64,000 nucleotides of DNA from Paraspadella gotoi (taxonomy: Eukaryota; Animalia; Chaetognatha). How positions within the stretch are numbered: the first letter of the stretch is position 1; each line of letters begins with the position of its first letter. The notes beneath the pieces are model-generated. The model worked only from the letters and a program-made list of their open reading frames with translations, ran no database searches and had not been told where the DNA came from. Location of the stretch: assembly GCA_051294375.1 (NCBI GenBank), contig CM119265.1, positions 8,440,772 to 8,504,771 on the forward strand, given 5' to 3'. Made by a program: the position numbers and the translations under genes. This document shows, one piece after another, positions 40,385 through 51,836 of this stretch.

Positions 40385-42726
40385 TTCTCTCTCCCTCTCC
40401 TTGAAGTTTCGTGATTCGCCCCGTCCATTTCCTCTCACTTTCTCCCTTCTCTCTCCAAGTTGAGTCTTTTTTTGCCAAAGAAAAAAAAATTGTAGAGAAA
40501 CGCGATTCGCTGCCGAAAAGAGAGAGAGAAAAAAAAGATGGAAATGGTTCGAACGCCATTCTCTCGATTTCTCGCTGGGATCGAGACAGAAACAATTCTG
40601 ACCTCCTCGATCCAACCAGAAAGAAAACCAAACTTTCGTTTCCCAACAAATATGAAAGGTTCGAATCTTTGTGGTTGTCGATCGTGATCGGCAATCATTG
40701 CGGCATTTGACTTATTTTATTAAAATTAGTATGTTACAATGTACAATTGTACATATGTTTAAAAAATCATCCGTATTTTACAACTATTTACAGCCATGTA
40801 CTATTGTAGCTTGCATGCTTATGGTTGGGCCAATGTCTCTTTTTGTCAAATAATCTTGAATAATATTGAAAGACCTTTTTTTTCAAAAGATCCAATCATC
40901 CAACCGACAACGAGAACCTCGCACCTGTCAGAGATTTCTTCAGAATAAAAAAAAATTCGACGGAACAATTTAAAAATAGAATTGGTGGTAGGATAAAGAA
41001 TTCCGAAGCCAAAGCCTCACTGAGAGAGAAAGAGGGAGTGAGAGAGAGGGGTGAGAGAGGAGGGGATAGGGAGAGGAGTGTGGGGTGAAAGAAAAAGAGG
41101 TTGAGGCAGAGAATGTTTGTTCACAAAAGAGAGAGTTTTATTGGAATAGTCGCTCACATATGTAGAGGTCGAGGGGTAAAAGTCTTGTGCAGTTGTGAGG
41201 TGGTGAAACTGGAAAGTGAAGGAAAGTGGTTCACTCGGGGTCATGACACTCACTTCATCAAGAAAAAGAAAAAAAAATCCTTTCTCGATTTTCTGGGATT
41301 TTTGGCAGATTTTGCCAGAATCGGTTTTTTCCCCCCGATTTATTACTGGATCGATGAATCGGATATTTCTTGCTGGGCGAATTTTCTAAGCGTTACATTA
41401 TGATTATTGTAATTTTATTGCATAATAGTCGGGGCTTCTTCGTTGATAATAACAGTTGTTCCGCTGGACGCATCAGGGCTAGGTTTATAAAAACAATTTT
41501 GAAACCGAAAGTGGCCATTTAATTTTTTATATTAAAAAAAAAAAAAAAAAAATTATATTTCTTTCGGAATACTTCTTCAATTTCTTACCTTTTTGTAGTC
41601 TTGTCGTCTCAACTTGCCTTGTCTCACCTTGCCTTGACTCACCTTGCCTTGACTCACCTTGCCTTGTCTAATCCTGTTCAGTGTTCACCCTTTATTTTTT
41701 CTTGTTTTCTGTTCTGTATTGTTCCGTTTTGATCTCTTATGTGTTCTCCTCTGTTATTATCCCTTCTTTACTACTTTTCTTTTCGTCTTTTCCCTTCAGT
41801 TTTTTCTTTCAATTCCTTTTTGATTTATTTCTTTCCTTGTACCTCCCTTTCCTTTTTTTTCTTTTCCTTTCTTCCTTACTTCATCATTCTCATTTTCTTT
41901 CCTTTTTTATCCGCTAAAAAAAAAATCCCCGAAAATCGACTCGACCGCGCTTTTCCTTTTATTCTTTTCCTTTTTTCCCCCAAATTTTCCTTTATTTCCT
42001 CAGATTCTCAGCATTTCGGGTTTTCGTCCAATATTCGCCTTCAAGAACAATGTTTTTTTCCTCCATGGGGAGGGAGTGTGGAGGGAGAAGAAACTCTTTT
42101 ACTTATATAAGCCTTGTATTCAAGATCTTTTTGCGTTTCTTTTCTTTGTATTCTTTCCAGATTGAATTACCCTCGGTGGCAAGGAAATTTTCTCCACAAA
42201 ACGATAATCTATGGTTTTTTCAGGATCTCCTGTTTTTTTTTTCACAACACTTGAGTTCAGATTGTCTAGACAATTTGTGTTACAAAAGTTAAATAAAAAA
42301 ATCGTTTTTGGCTAAACTTTTTCCTATTCATTCCCGTCCGTCTCGCCCTGGGGGGGTTTTCCCTTTGTCGCAGACTTCGCCTTCGTTTTTGTCATCCTAT
42401 TTAGTACCAGACCAAGCTTTATGTTGCTCACCTTTCATGTTTCCCCAGTTTCCTTTTGGCACCTTCCCGCTGCTGCTACCCACATACGAGCCTTTCAACG
42501 ATTCCCTCGCGACTCCTAATTCATTCCCTGCTCATTTGTTTCGCCTCGTGCTTTTATTTATTATTCCTGGTTTCGCCGCCAGGACCGTTTAGAAACAAAA
42601 GGCAATTTTCGTTCAAATAACTTCAATGTGTATTTCAATCGTAAGTCGGCAAACAATAACTATGTGTTCAATCGCAATTTCAAATCAGAAAACATTCGTT
42701 TCAAAACTGTTTTTTTTTGTTTGTTT
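35254..42726. repeat. ~3.7-3.8-kb tandem duplication (35254-39034 / 39045-42726), probably an assembly artefact or allelic haplotypes
   Basis: Colinear from CTAATAAAGTCATA to AAAACTGTTTTTTT; differences dominated by single-base indels. Confidence 0.92.
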
Positions 42727-43153
42727 TTTTGTTTTGTTTTTGTGTGAGTTGTGAACTCGCGCGTTTCTTTTTTTTGGTCGGCGTGTTGTGGTTCACGAAA
42801 ACGAATAAATAAATGAACGCGGGTTTTAAACATTAATAACTGGCAAAAAAGTAAACTTTTCTCCTTCGTTCCTTCATTTAACGAAACACGTTGCATGTCG
42901 TCGTCGTCGTTGTTGTCGTTGTGGTTGTCGTTGCTGTTGTGGTAGGGTCGAGTTCGTCTTAGTGATTTAGTTTTGATTACAGATAATCATTGTTTAATCA
43001 TAGATAAGATTAATCACGATTCTTAAAGATCAACAGAAAACTTTTCGGTTTTAAGAAAGTTTTACAAAATCGTTGCTCTTTTTCGTGTCTCTCTCTCTCT
43101 CTCTCCTCTCTTCTCTCTCTCTCTCGTCATCTCTCTCGTCTCTCTCTGTGCTC

Positions 43154-43248
<95 letters not shown>

Positions 43249-43263
43249 TCAAGACTCGAGAAT

Positions 43264-44325
43264 TTATTCTTTGCTCTCTTCCAACCAAATCTCCTCGATT
43301 TCCTTTAAGGGTTCGTAATCAAGGACGAGCCTTTCGTCGTCGTCGTCGCCGTCGTCGTCGTCGACTTCTTCGTCCACCAAAGTCGCGGCCATTTGCGTCT
43401 CTGCGGAAGACGAGGGAACCTGAGGTGACGTCGAGGCTGGACGCTGAGATCGAGAAGAGGAAGAGGAAGAGGAGGAAGAGACGGAGGGGTTTGGTTCGGA
43501 GGCGCTGGATGAAGGAGAGGCTTCGGACGGAAGTTGAAGGCGGGTTTGGAGAGGATCGTCGGCAGATGCGTCGTCGTCGTCATCGACAACATTGATCTGT
43601 CTATCGTCGAAATTGTCGTCGTCGTCGTCAAAGTCAATCGGAGATCGACGAAGAAAATCGTCGCTGTCGTCGCCCTGGTCGTCGTCGTCGTCGTCATCGC
43701 GTCGGATGCCGAGATCGGTGCTGAGGACGAGTCCGTCCAACGCCGGAGCGAATTCCTCCGGCGAAGATTTGGCTTCTCGGTCGTCGTCGTCGTCGTCGTC
43801 GTCGTTTTCGACGATCTTCTCCAACTCGGACGGCGTCGACGACGATTCTCCCGCCATCTTCTGTTTGTTTACATCCGTCGACGACGAGGGATTTTCGTTT
43901 CTGAAAACATTGATGACGGGTAAAGTGATGGACGTTACCGGTTCGTCGTCGTCGTCGTCGTCTTCGTCGTCGTCGCCAGCGTCATTCGACGATCGCGTTT
44001 GTTTCCCGTCCTCGCGTTCGCCGGCGTTGTCGCCACGGCCGCTTCTGTTGTTGTTTCTGTCCGACGAAGGGGCCTCGCTCTTGCTCGTTCCTTCGCCGCT
44101 TCCGCTACCGCTTCCGCCGCCGCGGCTCCAACCGCTTCCGCCGCGACCGACGTCGCTTCCGCTTCTCCCGAATCCGCTTTCGCTGGCGAGGCGTCGTCCC
44201 TCGACGCTGGAAATGGCAGCGCCGCGAAGAGGAATCACTAAACACGTGACGTCGTCTTCGGAGGCGTGGCGTCCATCGGGGAGACGCCACGAGCGGTTTC
44301 CGGTTGGGGAGGCGAGGCCGCGGAC
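43264..44325 (-). CDS. PPM1H: PPM1H-like terminal exon: end of catalytic domain plus ~320-aa acidic disordered tail
   Basis: Acceptor cttcaacAG; VRGLASPTGNRSWRLPDGRHASEDDVTCLVIPL continues in frame into ORF 44238-43264, ending ...EEIWLEESKE*. Confidence 0.85.
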   Translation of the reverse strand, partial: VRGLASPTGNRSWRLPDGRHASEDDVTCLVIPLRGAAISSVEGRRLASESGFGRSGSDVGRGGSGWSRGGGSGSGSGEGTSKSEAPSSDRNNNRSGRGDNAGEREDGKQTRSSNDAGDDDEDDDDDDEPVTSITLPVINVFRNENPSSSTDVNKQKMAGESSSTPSELEKIVENDDDDDDDDREAKSSPEEFAPALDGLVLSTDLGIRRDDDDDDDQGDDSDDFLRRSPIDFDDDDDNFDDRQINVVDDDDDASADDPLQTRLQLPSEASPSSSASEPNPSVSSSSSSSSSRSQRPASTSPQVPSSSAETQMAATLVDEEVDDDDGDDDDERLVLDYEPLKEIEEIWLEESKE

Positions 44326-44436
44326 CTGTTGAAGGGTTTTAAGGAACAGTAAAAGAATTAGAGTGCAAACTCAAAGTTTTAATACAAATAAAATCAAAAG
44401 TAGAAGAATGGAACGTGCTACATATTAAGAGTAATT

Positions 44437-44480
<44 letters not shown>

Positions 44481-47400
44481 AATGAATATAATGATGATGA
44501 TGAAGATAATGATGATGAAAAACGTGTGAATGAACTGGGAGAAAAGACGTCACGGATTATTCAATTTGAGCGGTGAATGCTTTTCCGGAATTATCTAAAG
44601 TTTGTGGACAAACTGTGACCCTTACCCGACCCTCCCCCGATCCCTCCTCGCCCCAACCACCTGCATGACCAAATCCTGCGCGGCCAAAGTGTAGCGCTGC
44701 CGCGCCGGCGCCGCGTTAGCGCCGCTCAGAAAGGAGGCGGAGACGCTGGCGGCGACAGCGTCGTTGGACATGACGTCCCAGAGTCCGTCGGTCGCCATGA
44801 CGACGACGTCGTCGATGGAGGGCGCTCCGGTGACGAGGTCGACGAGATCGTGGACGAGGATTTCCGGCGTCGGGAGAAGAAAGGGTTTGAGGCGGATCTC
44901 CGTGTCAAAGACCTGACCGGAAGAGGGCGGGCGAGATGAAGGAGGCGCTGGGCGGGGCGAGGGAGTCGGGAGGGTTGAGGGAAGAGGCCGACGAAATGGG
45001 GCTGGAGGGTGGTCGCGGTAGTAGGGGGCGTGGCGGCGAACGGCGTCGTCATACTTGGTGACGAGACCGGAAGGAGAGACGTTGATCTTTTGTTGATTCG
45101 ATTCATTTTGAAGAGAAGGAAAAAGAAAAGAAAAGGAAAAAAAGAAAAGGAAAAAAAAACAAAACAAGGAAAGAGCGATTCGATTAGTTTAATTAAGTGA
45201 AATCACGAGGAAAGAGAAAGTCATTAATGACGCTAAAATCACCTTGGAAAATGAATCACCAATAGAAGCTAAATCACCGATGAAAGTGAATCACCAAAAA
45301 AATGAAAAAAGTATGGCGTGAATATATCTTAAAAAATAAACACGGACTTAATCTATAGAGTTTCCCCAGCCTCAAAAAACCCCATACAAAGTTTCACTCG
45401 GTCCGTTTTCCATTATTTCGTAAACTTAAATTCATTTTAAAAAGCCTGTTAAGCAAAAAATGTTAGTTAGCTAATAAACCCAATCGAGCGATCAAAGTAA
45501 ACATAGTATTGATGCAAAAAATATAGCGGCAAAATGATTAATAATTTTTTTAAAGAAAGAGGTTTTAATATGCTATAACATAAGATTTTACCAATATTAG
45601 TAAAAATACCAGTAGCTTCTTCTTCCTTATTTTGTTTTATTAAAATTAAAAAATATCTTGTTATTATGAGGGCGTGCCTTAACCGGAAGTAAGTTTTTTT
45701 CAGCCTATATGTGTTTTTATAGTTCCAATTTTAATGGGAAATTAATTTTAAATGTAACAAAAAGTTAGATTTTATTATATTTATTTTTATCTTTGTTTTT
45801 TCAAGCAATGGGCAGATTGAGTTTTGGGCAAGCTTAGTCATTATCCTCAATCAATCAAAATTATAGGTAATATTTTTTCTACCTCCAGTAAAAAAAAATT
45901 ACGTTGTATAGGAAATTTATAGAAAATGCCACAACATTTTTTTTTCTAACCTTTTTGCTAGATTATAAAGAGCAAATTAAACTGAAATACTAATATTAAT
46001 TCTCCAAGTGATTTTAAAAAATTAGTTGTTCTCTGATCAAAAGACGAACTTAAATCTCCTCATTTCTAATTTTTTTTTCTTAAAAAATGAATAATAGAAA
46101 ATAATTGAAAATAAATAATAATAATACTCTAATTCTACAATGGTAATAATAATAATTAAAAAAATTGTGACCAATAATAATTTAAAAATAATGGGAATAA
46201 GTTAAATTGAACATATTACTTGAAAAGCTTGCTTTATTAGCAGTAGAGCTAGAGAGAGATAGAAGGTTTTTAACAAAGAACAAGAATGGAGAGTGGATTG
46301 GGGATTAAGATAAGAGAAGGAGACAGAATTAAGGGAAGCAAAAAATAAGGTCAACCCTTTTACTGAAGGCAACTAATAGTTCGTCTCTCCACGAACCGGG
46401 CAATCCTCATAAAGGATACTTTTGATAGAGGATAAGGAGTCCGTCAGCTTCCTGTGCAAGAATTATGCAATAACGGTATGACTGCTCACCTTACTGTCAG
46501 GATAAGAGGGCTCTCGGACAAGGAAAACCATGCAGCGGGCCAATGGACATTAGTAGTAATAGTATTAAAGCATTACCCAAAGGATTTATCCCTGATCCAA
46601 AACAGCATCAACTCGGATATCATCTGTCTTGGCAAGTTGCTCCAAACTTTGAATGGATTTTAGGGGACCGTTCATATTTTTAACCAAGATTTGTTTTATT
46701 TGCGCTTTGTTTTACAAACAAATCAAATGCTTTATACTCCCTTGTTGGCTATTTTAAACAGTAATACAAACATTTTTTTTGAATCCTCCTTTTGTCGGTC
46801 ATTTTTAAAATCAATCAGAAAGTGAGGGCCAACTCAAACTATTCACAATTTGATAATTTCATTTTTCACCATTTTGGCTTTTTTCAAAACTTTACGTTAT
46901 TTTCTTAGTTCTTTTGTTTGACAACCATTTATCTCTTCTTTCTCTCTCTCTCTCTCTCTTGCCAAACCACAGAGTTTGAAACGATGTCTATTGAGGATTT
47001 TTTACCGTAACGCCTCGTGAACGAGCTAGTATTTTCTGCTTTGCTATTTCTTTTATAGAAATTTGAAGAATATCAATTAGTAATTATTTATGTGTTAGTA
47101 AGATATAAAATGGGCGTGAGGCGCAGTGAATCATGTGTAGCAAGGTCTATTTCTCAACATAAAAAAAGAGAAACTTATTAAAAAATAGTCAACTTTAAAC
47201 TTTAATTCATAAAATTGCAATATCAACATTTTAAATTTTTTACTTAACTGTCATTTGAATCATGGTAATTGTGATCCTTCACAGCTTAGGTAAGTACGTC
47301 TCTTTTTATAAAACTTTGGGTAAGAAACAGTTGAAAAAGGGACTGACCCAATCCGCGATCTACATTAAAATACTAATCAGATTACTTCCTAAGCGGCAAA

Positions 47401-49370
47401 ATACAGAATGTAATAGATAAACACAACCAAGAGTCTATTCTTTTTTTATTTTTTTATAAACATGTCCATGGTTTTTAAACAAAAAACATTGTTTTGTAAA
47501 CAATAAAAACTTTGTTTTCTCTAAAAACATAATTCTATATGTTATATCTTACACTTTAATATTATATTATATATATTAATATTATATTATATGTATTATA
47601 TATAATTGTATATATATATATACTCTACTGTATCTCCCTACTCTCTGTATTGTAGGCATAAGCTCTTCAAATGTTAAGTTTAGTTTCTTAATTGCCTTGG
47701 TCTAAACTATACCTTTTCTAAGAAAAGGTTATTTTTTAATACTACTTTCCCGGTTATTTTTCCTTTACCTCCGGTTATTTTTTACCTTACTTCCGGTTTA
47801 ATACAGATGCCCGGTTTTAAAAAAATATACTTTTTAAATAATTAATTTAGTTTTAAAATCATTGTAGCAAATTATTTAATTAAAAAATTTAACAATAAGG
47901 AAAAATTATGGATTTTTTTTAAAAAAAAAATTGTAAAACACGAGAGATTGCGCTAATTTTGACTTTGACGCTTCATTGGCGATTGAATAACGCAGGTCAC
48001 ATATTTTGTTTCAGATTTGAGGTTAAAACTTATTTTAATATTGATGAAATAACGGGAAACCGAACCGAGTGAGAACATTTGGGAGACAATTTTTTGATAC
48101 TGGGAGCGTCTACCTAATCTAACGGAAAATTTCTAAAACTAAATATTAAAAAAAACAAAACTAAAATCATAATTTTTGCAAAAAAAGATTAACTTAAAAA
48201 TAGTATAATCGTCATTTGAGAGAAACCTGAGTGTCGAAGTCTCCAAAGCCTTGGCGTGCACTCGATGGCTGTGCGCATGACTTCGCTTTTCTCTTCCCGA
48301 CGGCCTCGCGGATGTACGGTACGGCTTCAGCGTCGGACTCTATCCGCCCTGTCTTGATCGACCAACCCTGGAGGTTGGAAGTGAACGGCGACAGTATTGG
48401 TATTGCTTACATTGCTAAGTATCGTATTGAAAGCTATTTTAAAAATTCACATCGCTAGTCTTTCACTTTGCGTCTGGAGGTTACTGAGTATTGAAAAAAT
48501 TTGGTCACCAAAATAAAATGAAATTAATAGTTTGGAAATGCACCCATGACTCAGAGAAACGAAGATGAAGGAATCTATGAGAGGAAATTGACATCGATTT
48601 ACGGTAGACGCATATTTAAAATGACCTACTCTTTCCCAACTGCATGTTATGATCCTGTAGTAGATCTGGGCTCTCCCAAGTCCTTCGACGTCTCCGCTTG
48701 AGATACTGCAGCGGAGAGAACTCGTCCCCAGTCAGCGCCGGTGCGACGACGCCAGCTCCTGGATGCGTGACGCTTCCGTTTCTTGGAGTAAAATCTGTGG
48801 TTGACAGCGCACCTGACGATAATGTCGAGAGCAAGGGTTGACATGACTTTCAACGTGATCTATGTCGGGAGTCATTTGGCCCCCTGTCTGTCCCTCGGCT
48901 TTAACATTAGCGTGAAGAGTATTTAACTAGTCTACGTTCTTTAAAAAAGTTTAAAATTAAAATTCTAATCGTACAAAAAGGTTTTTTAAATTTTTGACCG
49001 ACCACCTACATCCACCCTCTATCTTACCTTCCCATCCCTTATAAGAATGGCGCGAGAGTCGCCCGCGTTGGCGACGTAGATTTTGTTCCTGAAGACGAGC
49101 GCCACGACGCACGTGCATCCGCCGGAGACGCGAAAGGCGCTGCGTTCGACAGCGATTTGAGTGTCCATCAGTTGGAAGGCGTTCTCGATCGCGCCTTGAG
49201 TTTTAAAGGATAAAAAAATTAAACATACCGTCAATCTAATGATAATTAGAGTCAAATAGTTTAGATTTGCGTCAAATCTTTTAACCACGAAGTATTCAAT
49301 CATTCAGTAGTAGACTCTTCAGTCATATGTATGTACCAAATTAAAAATATCCCACTATGTATATCTAATG

Positions 49371-49450
<80 letters not shown>

Positions 49451-51836
49451 ATCTATCTATCTATCTATAAATCTTTTCCTCACTTCTTATGTTTTAACCC
49501 TTGACTTTCGGAACAGGAGAAAGAAAAGCAAGTAGAGAAAAGTAAGTGAGAGAAGAATAGAAAATCAAGTCTCATCATCCAAAAATAGAGAACTGACCCG
49601 TGACGAGTCCCTCGACGGTGATGCTGTTGACGAAAGAGTTGCGGTTTCGTCGGGACGGAGGAGGGACGACGTACTTGGAGGGATTCTCGTCAATGTCGTG
49701 GATGACGGGAGCGATCTCCAGCAGCTTGTCCTGATCCAAGGGAGTGGGAGAAAGAGGATCCTTGGAAATTTACTTACCCCAGGATTCTTGGATTCTTTAA
49801 ACTCACCCGGATATGCAGATGCAAACTGTTGGCGGCGAACATGGCTGCGCCGGTTCCGGCGTGACCGTCAAAGACGCCGAAGTAAGTGAAGGTGAATGTT
49901 TCGACGCCGTCGTCGACCGGCGCCTCCTCCATCGGCGCCGGACGAATCTCGGCGAGGTCGTCCGGCGACGAGTTTATTCTCAGGTCCGACCGGGAACCTG
50001 CGGAGCTGCCGGCTGCGTCACTGCCACCGCTGCCGCCGCGGCCACGGCTTCTGTCGCTGCCGCTGCGCGATTTGACGCGGGGCCGTTTCGTCGTTACGAT
50101 GCGTTTTTGCTCCCTGGTGGAAAGGGATACATAGGCAAGACAAGATAAAACAAGAAAAGAAAAGAAAAGAAAAGAAAAGAAAAGAAAAGAAAAGAAAAGA
50201 AAAGAAAAGAAAAGAAAAGAAAAGAAAAGAAAAGAAAAGAAATCAATCCAATCAATCACTAAATCAACGAATAAATCAACCATTCACGCAATTCAATCAA
50301 TCCAGTCAATCGAAATCCCTTCGATCCGAATCCTAATTCCTCACGCGTAATTCCTCGTGACGACCCGGCCGTGTCTCAGCGTGATGTTGATCTTGTGAAT
50401 GGCGGCCTGATCCTCGTTGACTTTGCTCTTTCCCGAGTTGACGACCTCAGCGTAGCCGGAGTTCCAGACGAGAGAGAGAGAGTTGCGGGGAATGAGTATG
50501 GGACGGAGGACTATGGGCGGGGGGGGGGAGAGAGAGAGAGAGAGAGAGGGACAGGATAGAGAGAGGAAAAGAAGGGAGGGAGAGGAGAGTGAAGGAGTGA
50601 TATGTGTGAATTTTTAGCCGACCAATCGCGAAATTTTTCTTTTTTTCTTACTGCGAGATCTCCCATGAGAAAAAAGAAATAGATTAAAGAGAAAGAGAGC
50701 GACAGCGAAAGGGAGAGACAGAGACAAGTTGGGTAAAAAAAAAAAAACCCTTGTAAATTCAATCGTAGAAAACTTGGCCTTGAGTCCGACGGTCGGGAAC
50801 TACTTTATGAACGAAGCGGACTAGAATGACGTTCGGCTTGTCTAACCCTTTTCCTTACCCTTTGACCTCTTTCTCTCCGCCAATCCAACGACCCCGTGCA
50901 CTATGAGCCTCGACCATAGATGGAGCCCATGCAACATACGACCATACGTAGATTCGACCCCGTTTTACGCCGTCGCACCGACCAATTGATTCCCCTTAAA
51001 AAAAGCTCGACACTTATTGCTCCCAACTTCGAAATATTCTGCCGCCGCCCNNNNNNNNNNGGCGGTAATAAATGACGGCAAATGTCTGTCTCTATCTTTC
51101 TCTCTACCTCCTTCCTTCCTCTCTCTCTCTCTCTATTTCAACGAATCAACCACCAAGTTTCAACAATCCCTCTCCCTCTCTCTCTTTCCCTCCTTCCCTC
51201 ACCGTCGTATATTTTCTTTTTATTGTCATTCGGTCGATCGTGTTTTGAAGTATCTCCGACTTTAACGTCGCTACTTTTCGACATCGAATTAAACCATTGA
51301 ACTTCGCCGTTTCATCCCCCGGATGTACAACAAAAAGCTTCGAATGTTGAGCCTCATCGATCCTCGTTTCTGTCCTCAAAGGTCGAGGGGCGTATTAACA
51401 AGTTTATCTGCCTTCATTTGCCGCTGGCAAGTTTATTGGCGCCGTCGTCTCATTCTGTCTTCAGCTCTTCCCTTCCCGACTCTTGCCAAGGACCTCCTTT
51501 TCAAACCTATTTATTTCCATAATTAACAATAAAATGCTTTTCCAAACGTTGCAACAAAATCTCAGTCGCTCTCGACTTTCACTCATTCCGCGGTTTCCGA
51601 TCGACAACAACCATTCCCCACCCACCCCCCTTTGCACCCCCCTTCCTCTCACTTTGGTCGCACGACGCCTGAACTTCGTCGTCGGACAGCTTGAGGAAAG
51701 ACGGGCGCCCGTAAGGGAATTTCGTGTCGAGCTTGGGTTCCCTCGGCGCGAGGACGACGTCGGCGCCGGTCTCCTCTTCCACGGGCGCCAACACGTCCAG
51801 CGCGTAGGTCATCGCCGTCCGGAATCGCCCCAACAT
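43264..51836 (-). CDS. PPM1H: PPM1H/PPM1J/PPM1M-family PP2C (metal-dependent Ser/Thr) phosphatase, 9 coding exons: 51836-51653, 50510-50345, 50113-49807, 49730-49598, 49194-49028, ~48812-48640, ~48367-48227, 44912-44661, 44325-43264 (~860 aa)
   Basis: Manual splicing at GT-AG sites with consistent phases gives KFPYGRPSFL..DEVQASCDQILRPILIP..WNSGYAEVVNSGKSKVNEDQA, YFGVFDGHAG, SGGCTCVV..YVANAGDSRAI, KPFL, VMATDGLWDVMSN, RYTLAAQDLVM, SWRL..ASEDDVTCLVIPL. These follow the PPM1H subfamily motif order from recalled sequence (FPYGRPEFL, GYAEVINAGKS..NEDQA, RYTLAAQDLVM, SGDDISV..IPL). Likely co-orthologue of vertebrate PPM1H/J/M. Confidence 0.9.
44661..44912 (-). CDS. PPM1H: PPM1H-like exon 8 (TDGLWD metal-binding motif)
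   Basis: VFDTEIRLKPFLLPTPEI...DDVVVMATDGLWDVMSNDAVA...RYTLAAQDLVMQ; phase-0 donor CAG|GT. Confidence 0.92.
48227..48367 (-). CDS. PPM1H: PPM1H-like exon 7, frameshifted in this sequence
   Basis: Acceptor ctccAG then GWSIKT...SD.LK...GK...VM...GFGDFD, matching GWAYKT..EDLK..G.GKKARVM..GVTRGLGDHD; donor CAG|GT at 48226. Confidence 0.68.
48640..48812 (-). CDS. PPM1H: PPM1H-like exon 6 (flap region), frameshifted in this sequence
   Basis: Across frame switches reads LS.DFTP.ETE..RIQELA...PALTGDEFSPLQY.KR...KDLG...IYY.DHNM, matching the PPM1H pattern EFTPETERQRLQ..LLGNEF..LEFPRR..KELG...LYRD.NM; multiple 1-nt indels; 3' boundary approximate. Confidence 0.72.
49028..49194 (-). CDS. PPM1H: PPM1H-like exon 5
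   Basis: GAIENAFQLMDTQIAVERSAFRVSGGCTCVVALVFRNKIYVANAGDSRAILIRDGK; donor AAG|GTAAG. Confidence 0.92.
49372..49468. repeat. (TATC)n microsatellite in PPM1H-like intron 4
   Basis: Near-perfect TATC array. Confidence 0.95.
49598..49730 (-). CDS. PPM1H: PPM1H-like exon 4
   Basis: Acceptor CAG at 49733-49731; DKLLEIAPVIHD...SITVEGLVT; donor G|GTCAGT; phases match exons 3 and 5. Confidence 0.82.
49807..50113 (-). CDS. PPM1H: PPM1H-like exon 3 (low-complexity loop, then DGH motif)
   Basis: Acceptor ccctttccaccAG; ...FTYFGVFDGHAGTGAAMFAANSLHLHIR; donor CGG|GTGAGT. Confidence 0.9.
50153..50241. repeat. (AAAAG)n microsatellite in PPM1H-like intron 2
   Basis: Perfect pentanucleotide array. Confidence 0.95.
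50345..50510 (-). CDS. PPM1H: PPM1H-like exon 2
   Basis: Acceptor TAG at 50513-50511; ILRPILIPRNSLSLVWNSGYAEVVNSGKSKVNEDQAAIH; donor GC|GTGAG. Missed by the ORF track. Confidence 0.9.
51653..51836 (-). CDS. PPM1H: PPM1H-like exon 1 (ATG, putative N-terminal amphipathic segment, FPYGRP anchor motif)
   Basis: MLGRFRTAMTYALDVLAP...KFPYGRPSFLKLSDDEVQASCDQ; donor A|GTGAG at 51652. Confidence 0.88.

Noticed and set aside
43305-44332. Overlapping ORFs on the + strand and in alternate frames (43592-44332 etc.)
   Set aside because: Shadows of the GC-rich, (GAC)n-rich terminal exon of the phosphatase
44621-44660. Alternative GTAAG donor 35 nt past exon 8
   Set aside because: Phase 2 does not match the phase-0 acceptor of exon 9 and would break the LVM-RG-WR motif
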